From: an uncultured Flavobacteriales bacterium
Lineage (GTDB): Bacteria > Bacteroidota > Bacteroidia > Flavobacteriales_D > Parvicellaceae
Length of the DNA stretch: 25,927 bases
Direction of reading: 5' to 3'
Assembly: GCA_964423275.1 (NCBI GenBank)
Contig: CAYREL010000001.1
Location: 1-25,927, forward strand
Shown one piece after another: positions 7,942-16,822 of this stretch (position 1 is its first letter; every line of letters starts with the position of its first letter). The notes under the pieces are model-generated. The model saw only the letters and a list, made by a program, of their open reading frames with translations. It had not been told where the DNA came from and searched no databases. A program made the position numbers and the translations under genes.

Positions 7942-8799
7942 TTATTTTTGGTGAAACCTATCCGACACAAAACTTAATACTTCCGGTAGTGCCGATCGCC
8001 AATAGGTCCAATTATGGGCACCATCCCGAACACGATACTCATGAGGAACCCCTCGTTTTTTAAGCGCTACATGTACTAGTGAATTACCCTCATACAAAAA
8101 ATCATTGTCGCCACAGTCTATATACCACCTTACACTTTTTAGATTTTCATCTGTTTGATTTTGAATTATAGACAGCGCATTATGATTTGAGTAGTAATTA
8201 AAAACTTTTTCTCTTCTGTGTTTTTTAAGTTTTTCCTTGTTACTTTCATAAAATTCATTGTAAGAAAGCTTTCCCATATAGCCGCTCAAAGGGCAAGCCG
8301 AAGAAAATATCTCTGGATGCCTAAGCGCGTAAATAAAAGATCCACCACCACCCATAGACAAACCAGCTATAGCTCTATATCTTTTTTCAGATTTAATACG
8401 GTATTTTTTTTCAATAAACGGAATAAACTCTAGAAAGAAATAATCTTCGTAGTTCCAATTATTGTCAATATCATTAAAGTAGCCTCTCTTTCCTGTTTGC
8501 GCATCTGGCATTACAATAATCATTGAGGTAGAAAGACCTTCTTTATTGGTTTTATCTGCAATTGACTTTACTTCTCCAAACTGAACCCATCCAGTATGGT
8601 CGTCTCCAGCCCCGTGAAGTAAATATAGAACTGGATACTCTCTATTAGAATGATCGTAGTCGCTTGGCAGATAGACAGCATATTTTCTCTCACTATCTAA
8701 TATTTTACTTTTTAAAGAAAGCTGATCTATAACCTTTCCTCCCTGAGAAAACAACAAACTGCTGGTAAAAACAAAAGTTAGGAGCAATAAATTTTTCAT
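7942..8799 (-). CDS. Secreted or periplasmic alpha/beta-hydrolase esterase (putative esterase / CE1-like)
   Basis: Signal-peptide-like N-terminus, YPVLYLLHG, nucleophile elbow GLSMGG, acid in CGDNDFL and His in GAHNW. Confidence 0.9.
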   Translation of the reverse strand: MKNLLLLTFVFTSSLLFSQGGKVIDQLSLKSKILDSERKYAVYLPSDYDHSNREYPVLYLLHGAGDDHTGWVQFGEVKSIADKTNKEGLSTSMIIVMPDAQTGKRGYFNDIDNNWNYEDYFFLEFIPFIEKKYRIKSEKRYRAIAGLSMGGGGSFIYALRHPEIFSSACPLSGYMGKLSYNEFYESNKEKLKKHRREKVFNYYSNHNALSIIQNQTDENLKSVRWYIDCGDNDFLYEGNSLVHVALKKRGVPHEYRVRDGAHNWTYWRSALPEVLSFVSDRFHQK

Positions 8800-9617
8800 A
8801 TATCTCGGTTTTCATATTTCAAGCACCTCTCCCAATCATCCTTAAAATGCTTACTAACTTTTTTCAAATAAGCTGGGTCAATTAGGGGCTTTTTCGAATA
8901 CATAAAACTAGGTATAACCAAAGAGAAATACAAGACTCCATAACGGAAAAAACCTTGATAAACTCGCCAAAATAAATTTAAAACAGGGCTATTAAAAAGA
9001 ACTCTTTTTTTAAGATTAAAATATTTTGAAACAGCTTTAATGGCTTTTAGCTGCTTTTCGTTATAAGAAATATGTTTTTTACTAAAGTTCACTTTTTCCA
9101 AATCAATATCGCTTAAGGTCAAAGAACAAAAACATTTTATAAAAACCCTTGGACTAGACCTTAATTCATCGTAAAAAAGAACAATAGGATCTTTTTCAAA
9201 CTTTTCTTTTAAAACCTTTATTTGATAAGAAAAGCTTAAGTGAAGAAACTTAAAAAACCCCTTGTCATTTTCTATGTCAAAAAAATCCTCAATTTCTCCC
9301 TTAAATCCATTCTTCACAAAACGCTTGTATTGAGAAGCAAGGTACTCTTCGTGTTTTCTTAAGACAATAATTGGAGTAGCTGTACGGAATCTGCTAGAAA
9401 ACAAAGTAACCTCTCTTTCAAATTGCCTATCAAATTCTCTAGAAACTAAAATTGTATTACTGTCACAGTTTTTAATTTCTTCAAATATCCTATGGTATTT
9501 ATTGGTGGGAATGTAAGTGATGTTAGAAAGCTTAGGAAAAACCCTATTTTGTAAAAAAGTACTTCCTGTTTTGCTAATTCCAACGTGGAAGTAAATATTT
9601 TTATCGGTGCTTTCCAT
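8796..9617 (-). CDS. Sulfotransferase-family protein (P-loop-like fold)
   Basis: HVGISKTGSTFLQ resembles the 5'-phosphosulfate-binding loop and LRKHEEYLASQY resembles the 3'-phosphate-binding R...S motif. The ORF-track GTG start is at 9629; ATG at 9617 is preferred. Its stop overlaps the esterase start (ATGA). Confidence 0.7.
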   Translation of the reverse strand: MESTDKNIYFHVGISKTGSTFLQNRVFPKLSNITYIPTNKYHRIFEEIKNCDSNTILVSREFDRQFEREVTLFSSRFRTATPIIVLRKHEEYLASQYKRFVKNGFKGEIEDFFDIENDKGFFKFLHLSFSYQIKVLKEKFEKDPIVLFYDELRSSPRVFIKCFCSLTLSDIDLEKVNFSKKHISYNEKQLKAIKAVSKYFNLKKRVLFNSPVLNLFWRVYQGFFRYGVLYFSLVIPSFMYSKKPLIDPAYLKKVSKHFKDDWERCLKYENRDI

Positions 9618-9683
9618 TTTATGAATCACATTAATTAAAAGAAATTTTAAAAAATGAATATATCAATTAAAAACCCTTAAGAA

Positions 9684-10178
9684 CTACTTTAAGCTTTTTT
9701 TAATCAACTTGTTTATTGATTTGGTGATGTTTTCTTGAGAATTATACCATGAACGTTCACTAGAATTAAACTTGATATAACCAACCGGAAAATCCATTAA
9801 TGGTTTAATTTCTTTATGGTTTTCTAGAGACATTAAAAAATCTTCTTCAATAAGCTCTACTACAAGATTAAAAAATGGAATATTTTTTAAATCATCCGGA
9901 ACATCAGTGTTAAAAGCAACTCTTTTAGTAACATGACCTTCGCAGATAAATTCCAGCAAAACATGTTTATTAACTGGAATGTGAATAGAATGGTTTGCTT
10001 TTTCGGCAAAAACAGTGTCTTTGAAGCCGCTTTCGTAAATTTCTCTAATTACCAAATTAGTGAGCTCACCAAAAGTATTGTTTACCTGAAAATGAACATT
10101 AAGGTGTCTTTCGTTTTCATTTTGAGAAAATAATGAAAACGATGAAATGAATATAAAACAGAAAAATAAAACCTTCAT
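9684..10178 (-). CDS. Hypothetical exported protein
   Basis: 164 aa with a signal-peptide-like MKVLFFCFIFISSFSLFSQ and a beta-rich mature part (EFICEGHVTKRVAFNT...FPVGYIKF). Confidence 0.75.
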   Translation of the reverse strand: MKVLFFCFIFISSFSLFSQNENERHLNVHFQVNNTFGELTNLVIREIYESGFKDTVFAEKANHSIHIPVNKHVLLEFICEGHVTKRVAFNTDVPDDLKNIPFFNLVVELIEEDFLMSLENHKEIKPLMDFPVGYIKFNSSERSWYNSQENITKSINKLIKKSLK

Positions 10179-10185
10179 CTTTTAA

Positions 10186-10193
10186 CAAAAGTA
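10186..10193 (-). promoter_or_regulatory. Putative -7 promoter element for the 9684-10178 gene
   Basis: The minus strand reads TACTTTTG (TAnnTTTG), 7 nt upstream of the ATG. Confidence 0.45.
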
Positions 10194-10237
10194 TAAATCT
10201 TATTTAATTATTAATTCTTTAGCGCAAGTAATAATCC

Positions 10238-13200
10238 CTATAAGTCTATTTTCACCTTCCATTTACATAAATTAAACAACCAAATTTTAAATCTGTACAT
10301 ACTGTAATACATTATCGGAACAACGACCAAAGTTAAAAAAGTTGCGAATGTTAGCCCATAAATAATGGCCAAGCTCATCGGCTTGAAAAAAATAACATTA
10401 TCACCACCAAAAAATATTTGTGGATCCCAATCGCTAACTAGAGTAAAGAAATTAATATTGAGGCCAGAGGCAAGCGGGAAAAGACCTAGAATAGTAGTTA
10501 TGGCTGTTAATAAAACGGGCCTAAGTCTTGTTTTACCACCTTCAATAACGGATGCTTTGAAATCCTCGTTAGAAATTAAGGTAGCTTCATCTAGCTCAAG
10601 CTCTTTTCTTTTTCTTTTTCTTATTAAGTTGGTATAATCAACAAGAACAATAGCGTTGTTAACAACAATACCAGCTAGAGAAATAATACCAATCATTGTC
10701 ATAATTATCACAAAATCATTTCTTGAAATAACAATTCCTAAAAACACCCCAGCAAGACTTAAAACAACAGATGATAGTATTATAATTGGTGATGAAAACG
10801 CATTGAACTGCGTAACAAGAATAAGCAATATAAGAAAAACAGCAAAAAGCAAGGCTCCGCTTAAAAAAGCAAGTTCTTTTTCTTGGTCTTCCATTTGCCC
10901 AGTAAATTTATATTTGTAACCAGCTCTTTTAAAAGCACTTCCCTCTTTAGAGTTGTCAAACTCTTTTAAATAGTTTTTTACTTCTGCAATTATCTCATTA
11001 GCATTATAACCTTCTTTTACGCCACTAAAAACGGTAACCGTATTGCTTTGATTTTTCCGAACTACTGCTGCATGCTTATTAATCATTTTAATGTTTTTCA
11101 CCACAGAGCTAATTGGAATACTCAATTTAATACCCCTATTATTCATAAACATAATTTTTTGTTCTAAAATTGAAGAAACGTCTAGTCTATCGTTTTCACT
11201 AAAACGAATATTAATATCATAATCCTCTTCTTGATAATTATAAGTAGAAACATCTTTTCCAAAAAGAGAAGTTCTTATGCTTTGTGCTATTTGACCCGTA
11301 GATAGCCCAACTCTTTTTGCATATTCTCGATTAATTTCAATTTGGATTTCAGCCTTATTTACCTCAACGTCTAACTTCAGCTTTTGCACTCCTTCAATGT
11401 TTTTATTTATTAAATATTGCTGTAAACTTTCAGCTTTTTGAGTTAGCTCCCCATAATTTTCAGAACCAGTAACCTCAATATTTACGGGTGGCTTCTGGGG
11501 CGGACCACTTTGCTCTTTGTCCACAACAATAGTAATATCTGCATGAAAATTACCAATTAGAGTTTTTTCAATTAATTTTTTTACATCACTAGTATTAAGG
11601 CCCTTTCTGTGAGAAAACTCGCAAAAAGAAACAGTTATTCTTGCCTTATGTGGTGTTTCCCCAAAAGACGGGCCGCTATTTGGGTCAGAAGTTCCCTTTC
11701 CAACCTGCTCAATCACCGACTCTACAAAAAGAGTATTTATTTTTTCCCCATTGACAATTTCTAAATCTGAAGCCTGAAGGTAGGAAAGACTATCTTTTCC
11801 AGAAATAGGCAGACTAAGAGCGTCATTTATTTTTGATTTCACCGCAAGAGTTGTTTCATTTGTTTTAGCAATATTAGTTCCCACTGGAAGCTCAACAAAA
11901 ACATTTATATAGTTAGGTTGGTTTTCAGGGAAAAATAAAACTTTTGGAGGGAAAAGTCCAGTTAAAATAAAAGACAGAAAAAGGGTTAAAAATGTTCCAA
12001 CAATTACCCAGATTGGTCGTTTTTTGTGTAAAACCCATTTTAAAAACCTTTGGTAACTAGATTCAATTTTAGGCAGAAAGTTTGCTTGAAACCAAAGGGT
12101 TGCTGGCCTTAGAAAAAAACCATTAACAAGAACCAAAAACCCTATTATAATTAAAATATTACCTAATGCACTTTCTGTTAAAAAAGACAACATAACCCCC
12201 AAAATCAGAAAACCTGTAAATAATTTAATAGTTTTTTTTGAATTCCCCTTTTCGCTTTCAATTTTCATTAAGACGGCCAACAAAACAGGGGTTATAACTA
12301 AAGCCACAAATAAAGAAGAACCCAATACAATCATAAGTGTAATTGGTAAATATTGCATAAACTCTCCAATAATGCCAGGCCATAAAGCAAGCGGAACAAA
12401 GGCAGCTAAAGTAGTTGCCGTAGAGGCAATTATTGGCCAAGCAACTTCACCTACACCTTTTTTTGTGGCCTCAATTGCGCCCAACCCTTCATCCATTAAC
12501 CGGTATACGTTTTCTACAACTACAATGCCATTGTCTACCAACATACCAAGGGCTAAAACCAAAGAAAATAAAACCATAATATTCAAACTAACCCCAGCAG
12601 AATTTAATATTATAAATGATAAAAACATAGAAAACGGAATAGCAATTCCCACAAAAAGAGCATTTCTTAACCCCAAAAAGAAAAGCAAAACAAACACCAC
12701 TAGAATTACCCCAAAAACAATAGAGTTCTCTAAATTACTTACCTGCGAACGAATCATTATAGACTGGTCATTGGTGTAGGTTAAGTTCATATCCTTTGGA
12801 AATTGCCCTTGCAAATCCACCACTTGTACTTTTAATTTGTCAATAGCATTAATAATATTGGCCCCAGCTCTTTTTTTGACATCTAACATCACCACAGGTT
12901 GACCATTTTGTCTTGCGTAACTTGTTGTGTCTGAATCAGAAAAAGAGACATTTGCGACGTCTCTCAAATAAACATTGTTATTGTCTTCGTGTTTAACCAC
13001 CAAGCTATTTAGCTCATTTAGAGTCTTAAACTTGCCATCTATAATCATGAAATTATCTACACCGTCAATTTTGAGATTTCCAGCACCTACAGTGGTGTTT
13101 TCGCTCTGGATAGCCGATTCAATATCAGAAAAGCTAACCATTTTAGATTCTGCGTCGTACTTTCTTATTTCTATCTTCAGCTTCTTTTGTTGCACTCCTC

Positions 13201-13762
13201 GAATTTCTACTGAATTAATTTCCGAAATTGATTCTAACCTGTCTTTAATTAAATCTGCTCTTTCTTTTAGCACATCAACAGGGTATTCACCAGACAAATT
13301 AATGTTTATAATAGGAAATTCATTGACGTCTATTTCTTGAATGGTCGGCTCTACAGGCAAGTCTTGAGCAAAAGTTTTGGTAGATCTCGCGTCGCTCAAA
13401 GCTTCTTCAACAGCTCTTTTTGCCTCCTTGGGGGTAATTCCAAAATCAAATTCAATTTTTACTATTCCAAAATCTTGAATAGCAGTAGAATTAATTTTTT
13501 CAATCCCTTTAAGTTTGTTAAGCTCCTTTTCAAAAGGCTTTATTATTTTATCAGTAATAATTTCAGGTGAGTTGCCAGGGTAGGGGACATTGACGTAAAT
13601 TTCTGGCACCTGAATTTGAGGAAAACTTTCTCGAGGCATATTGTTGTATGCAGAAATACCACCTAAAAGAAAAAGGGTAATTATAAGATATACAGTTTTT
13701 CTATTGTTAACAGCTACTGAAGAAAGCCCAAATTCTCTCCATTTTTTAACTTGATTTTTCAT
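10238..13762 (-). CDS. RND efflux transporter permease subunit (AcrB/AcrD/AcrF family)
   Basis: 1174 aa with two periplasmic loops, TM4 GMLVDNGIVVVEN, TM10 GIVVNNAIVLVD and TM11 RLRPVLLTAITTILG. Confidence 0.96.
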   Translation of the reverse strand: MKNQVKKWREFGLSSVAVNNRKTVYLIITLFLLGGISAYNNMPRESFPQIQVPEIYVNVPYPGNSPEIITDKIIKPFEKELNKLKGIEKINSTAIQDFGIVKIEFDFGITPKEAKRAVEEALSDARSTKTFAQDLPVEPTIQEIDVNEFPIININLSGEYPVDVLKERADLIKDRLESISEINSVEIRGVQQKKLKIEIRKYDAESKMVSFSDIESAIQSENTTVGAGNLKIDGVDNFMIIDGKFKTLNELNSLVVKHEDNNNVYLRDVANVSFSDSDTTSYARQNGQPVVMLDVKKRAGANIINAIDKLKVQVVDLQGQFPKDMNLTYTNDQSIMIRSQVSNLENSIVFGVILVVFVLLFFLGLRNALFVGIAIPFSMFLSFIILNSAGVSLNIMVLFSLVLALGMLVDNGIVVVENVYRLMDEGLGAIEATKKGVGEVAWPIIASTATTLAAFVPLALWPGIIGEFMQYLPITLMIVLGSSLFVALVITPVLLAVLMKIESEKGNSKKTIKLFTGFLILGVMLSFLTESALGNILIIIGFLVLVNGFFLRPATLWFQANFLPKIESSYQRFLKWVLHKKRPIWVIVGTFLTLFLSFILTGLFPPKVLFFPENQPNYINVFVELPVGTNIAKTNETTLAVKSKINDALSLPISGKDSLSYLQASDLEIVNGEKINTLFVESVIEQVGKGTSDPNSGPSFGETPHKARITVSFCEFSHRKGLNTSDVKKLIEKTLIGNFHADITIVVDKEQSGPPQKPPVNIEVTGSENYGELTQKAESLQQYLINKNIEGVQKLKLDVEVNKAEIQIEINREYAKRVGLSTGQIAQSIRTSLFGKDVSTYNYQEEDYDINIRFSENDRLDVSSILEQKIMFMNNRGIKLSIPISSVVKNIKMINKHAAVVRKNQSNTVTVFSGVKEGYNANEIIAEVKNYLKEFDNSKEGSAFKRAGYKYKFTGQMEDQEKELAFLSGALLFAVFLILLILVTQFNAFSSPIIILSSVVLSLAGVFLGIVISRNDFVIIMTMIGIISLAGIVVNNAIVLVDYTNLIRKRKRKELELDEATLISNEDFKASVIEGGKTRLRPVLLTAITTILGLFPLASGLNINFFTLVSDWDPQIFFGGDNVIFFKPMSLAIIYGLTFATFLTLVVVPIMYYSMYRFKIWLFNLCKWKVKIDL

Positions 13763-14811
13763 AAGCTGTTGCCACTAATTATTTCTACTTTTTGCCCTTC
13801 AAGCACGGTGCTTTTACCATCGTCAACAACTTGAGATCCAGGTTTTAGCTCGCTAATTATTTCAACTATAGTTTTTTCGTTTTTCCCAATCTTCACAGGA
13901 CAAATTACCACTCTATTGTCCGTGTCTAAAACTTTAAGAAATGTATTTCCCTTGGAATCTTTTAAAACAAGTCTTGATGGCAAGCAAACAGCACTGTCTT
14001 TAGAATAATGATTGATGCTTAGCTCTGCCATAAGGTTTGGAATTAAACTTTTAGATAGCGGCAATTTAGATTCTATTTTCACGGTTCTATTTATATTATT
14101 TACCACCCTTCCAATGCGGTCTAGTTTAAGTGCTTTTATTTCAAGACCTATTGAGGGAAAATAAACATCAATTGGGTTTCCTACTGAAATTTCTGAAAGC
14201 AAATTTTCTGAGACGTCAGCCACAACATAAAGTTCGCTAGTATTTATTAAATGACAGGTCGGATTCATTGGGCTCACAGACTCCCCAACCTGAACCATAA
14301 TACTTTCTATAAAGCCATTAAAGGGGGCAACTACATTTGACTTTTCAAGTTGTGTTAATAGTGTGTTCTTAGCTTTTTGTAGTCTATTTAGGTTGTTTTC
14401 AGCTTCTTTAAGCTGAATCTCTGAGCTTATCTCATTTTCAAAGAGCGTTTTTTGTTTGTCAAAAATATATTTCGCAAAAGAAAGCTGTGAGTTAAGTTCT
14501 GAAACTTGAGCATTTAGCAAATCTGTTCCAATAGAAAGGATATTTTGACCCTTTTGAACATAATCCCCTTCTTTTACAAAAAGGGTTTTAATTGTTCCAT
14601 TTATTTCTGGTCTTAAGTATGCCATTTCCTTACTTGTAACGCTACCTTGGGCATTAAAAAAGTGTTTAAAATTCTTTTTTTCTACTTGGTAAACAGTAAC
14701 TAAAGGCTTCGACACCATCTTTTGTGGGGTTTTTTCGACAGTAAAATTAGCTTCTTCACCACTCTGACAGGCTGTGAATATTAAAAGGGAAAACCAAACT
14801 AAGTTTCTCAT
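13759..14811 (-). CDS. RND periplasmic adaptor (membrane fusion protein), lipoprotein
   Basis: Lipobox-like IFTA-C at residue 15, lipoyl halves (PEINGTIK..VKEGDYV; APFNGFI..V.VGE) flanking an alpha-hairpin. ATGA overlap with the permease. Confidence 0.93.
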   Translation of the reverse strand: MRNLVWFSLLIFTACQSGEEANFTVEKTPQKMVSKPLVTVYQVEKKNFKHFFNAQGSVTSKEMAYLRPEINGTIKTLFVKEGDYVQKGQNILSIGTDLLNAQVSELNSQLSFAKYIFDKQKTLFENEISSEIQLKEAENNLNRLQKAKNTLLTQLEKSNVVAPFNGFIESIMVQVGESVSPMNPTCHLINTSELYVVADVSENLLSEISVGNPIDVYFPSIGLEIKALKLDRIGRVVNNINRTVKIESKLPLSKSLIPNLMAELSINHYSKDSAVCLPSRLVLKDSKGNTFLKVLDTDNRVVICPVKIGKNEKTIVEIISELKPGSQVVDDGKSTVLEGQKVEIISGNSL

Positions 14812-16133
14812 AATTTTATTGGATTGCTATGTGTTTTTATTTGAACCTCAGCCTTGTAAAGCTCAAATTCATTTTGAATTAACTGTTGTTGGGCATTTAA
14901 TAGTTGCATCTTTCTTTGTGAAAGAGTAAGCGAGTTTGAAACCCCAATTCCCAGCTTTTTTTCTTCATTTTGATAAACTTTTTCAACTAGACCAACTTTT
15001 ATTTTTTGATTTTCAAAATTTAAATATGCATTTTTATAGTTGCTTTGAAGAAGTTGGTAAAGTTGGAAGATTTGATTTTCAATTTCTCGCAATTCATTTT
15101 CTGATTTTAAAAGTGTCAATTCTTTTTGTTTTCTTTTTGCTTTTCCTTCTCCACTATTGTAAATAGGGACTGTAACATTAATCCCCCAAAGCGTAGCTGG
15201 ATACCAATCTTTAGAAGTATCAAAAAAATCAAAATTATTTCTCATAGCCATGTGTTGCTGGTTAAAAAAACCATATATAGAGGGATAACCTTCACTTTGT
15301 GTAGCTTTTAAGTTTAAGCGATTTAGAATTATATTTTGCTCTCCTATTTTAACCGCATTGTTGGTTTTGGGATTCATTGAAATGCTATTAAGGGTTTCGT
15401 TTTCTGAACTTTCAAAGTCTTTAATTAAATTTATATTACTATCTATTGGCGCGCCAATCAGTGATTTTAAAGAAAGTAAAGCCAAGGCCTCATTAGATTT
15501 AAGTAACTCTAATCCACTTTTAATGTCAAGCTCTATCACCAAAACATCATTTATTGAAGACTTTTCAACAAGTCCATTTTCAATTAACCTATTGGTTTTC
15601 GTTATTAATTTTTGTGTTTCTTCAAGGTTTTTAACCATTAATTTTTGCATTTTTTGGAGAAAAACAACCTGTCCAAGAGAAAGTTTAATCTGCTCGAATA
15701 CCGTTTGATTTTTTTGAATATTTGCCAATCGAGATAGTTCACTAAAGTTTTCTGCAGCTCTTAGACCATATATATAGTTAAAACTAAAGATTAGCTGACT
15801 TACCTTTAGATTGTAATTTGCATTGAAAGGAGTCCCAAATGATAGACCTATTAACTCGTCCTCTGGTGCTCCTGGAACAAACGCGCTGGCCGGAACAACA
15901 GTGGTGGGAACGTTTATAAAATTTTGAAAACTAAGCTCACCATTTATTTTGGGCAGACCCGATGCTCTAATCTCATTGATTTTTTGCTCGGACATATAAA
16001 TATCTGAGGCAGAGTTTAAAAGTTGAGGGCTGTTTTTTTTCGCATATTCAAAAAGAGATAGACTATTTAGTTCTTGACCAACCCCAAAAAGAGATGTAAT
16101 TGAAAAAATTAAAAGGACAATTACTCGTTTCAT
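14808..16133 (-). CDS. TolC-family outer membrane efflux protein
   Basis: Signal peptide, two OEP-like repeats (SGLPKING..., GYPSIYG...WGINVTVPIYNSG) and ATGA overlaps at both ends. Confidence 0.93.
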   Translation of the reverse strand: MKRVIVLLIFSITSLFGVGQELNSLSLFEYAKKNSPQLLNSASDIYMSEQKINEIRASGLPKINGELSFQNFINVPTTVVPASAFVPGAPEDELIGLSFGTPFNANYNLKVSQLIFSFNYIYGLRAAENFSELSRLANIQKNQTVFEQIKLSLGQVVFLQKMQKLMVKNLEETQKLITKTNRLIENGLVEKSSINDVLVIELDIKSGLELLKSNEALALLSLKSLIGAPIDSNINLIKDFESSENETLNSISMNPKTNNAVKIGEQNIILNRLNLKATQSEGYPSIYGFFNQQHMAMRNNFDFFDTSKDWYPATLWGINVTVPIYNSGEGKAKRKQKELTLLKSENELREIENQIFQLYQLLQSNYKNAYLNFENQKIKVGLVEKVYQNEEKKLGIGVSNSLTLSQRKMQLLNAQQQLIQNEFELYKAEVQIKTHSNPIKL

Positions 16134-16744
16134 TTAGTAGTTTTTTGAAAGTTTAAATAATATTTCCTGCCCTCTTCATTAACAATTCCTAGGATATGAT
16201 GATTGATAAGCTCTTTATAAACATCTGAAAACGAAACATTTATTGCCTCAAAAGCCAAACTGTTAAATATGACGTCTATTTTCTCAGAAAATATTTTAGA
16301 AATAATTTCAGGATTAATTTCTTTTCTGTAACAGCCTTTTTTTATTCCTTTCTTTAAGTTTTGTATAGAAACCTTGTAGGTGAGCTGCCTATTTTTTTTA
16401 TCAAAAATATTCCAAGACTGAGGGTAGTATTTCTTTAAGTCATACTGAAAAGAAGGATGACAAGTTTTTAATTTATTAATTGCAATTACGTTTAAACTCA
16501 ATATTTCTTCAATTGGATGAAGTCTTTCAGCAATAACATTGCTTATATCAAGCTCGTGCTTTTTCATATCGCTAGAAATTACCTTTAGAACAAGGTCTTT
16601 TCTGTTCTCAAAAAAAACATACAGAGTTTTCTTGGAACACCCCAATTTATCGGCTATATCATCCATAGTTAGACTTTTTATTCCATATTCTTGGAATAAA
16701 AGCTGAACTCGGTCACATATTTCTGTTATTTTTGTCAATAGCAT
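16130..16744 (-). CDS. TetR/AcrR family transcriptional regulator
   Basis: N-terminal HTH GIKSLTMDDIADKLGCSKKTLYVFFENRKDL. First gene of the efflux operon. Confidence 0.93.
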   Translation of the reverse strand: MLLTKITEICDRVQLLFQEYGIKSLTMDDIADKLGCSKKTLYVFFENRKDLVLKVISSDMKKHELDISNVIAERLHPIEEILSLNVIAINKLKTCHPSFQYDLKKYYPQSWNIFDKKNRQLTYKVSIQNLKKGIKKGCYRKEINPEIISKIFSEKIDVIFNSLAFEAINVSFSDVYKELINHHILGIVNEEGRKYYLNFQKTTK

Positions 16745-16757
16745 TAAAATAAGTGCG

Positions 16758-16793
16758 CGAAACTAAAGAAACTATTTTAATATAAAAAGTTTC
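16758..16793 (-). promoter_or_regulatory. Putative tetR-operon promoter (-7 variant TAGTTTCG) and imperfect inverted repeat (candidate operator)
   Basis: 16758-16765 reads TAGTTTCG on the minus strand. 16768-16793 is GAAACT-A-TTTTA-ATA-TAAAA-AGTTTC. Confidence 0.45.
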
Positions 16794-16822
16794 CAATGGT
16801 AATTTTTTTTAAAATTTAACTC

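Noticed and set aside
10365-15708. Multiple 60-135 aa plus-strand ORFs within the efflux operon, and same-strand alternative-frame ORFs such as 12258-12440
   Set aside because: Shadow ORFs of long conserved genes.
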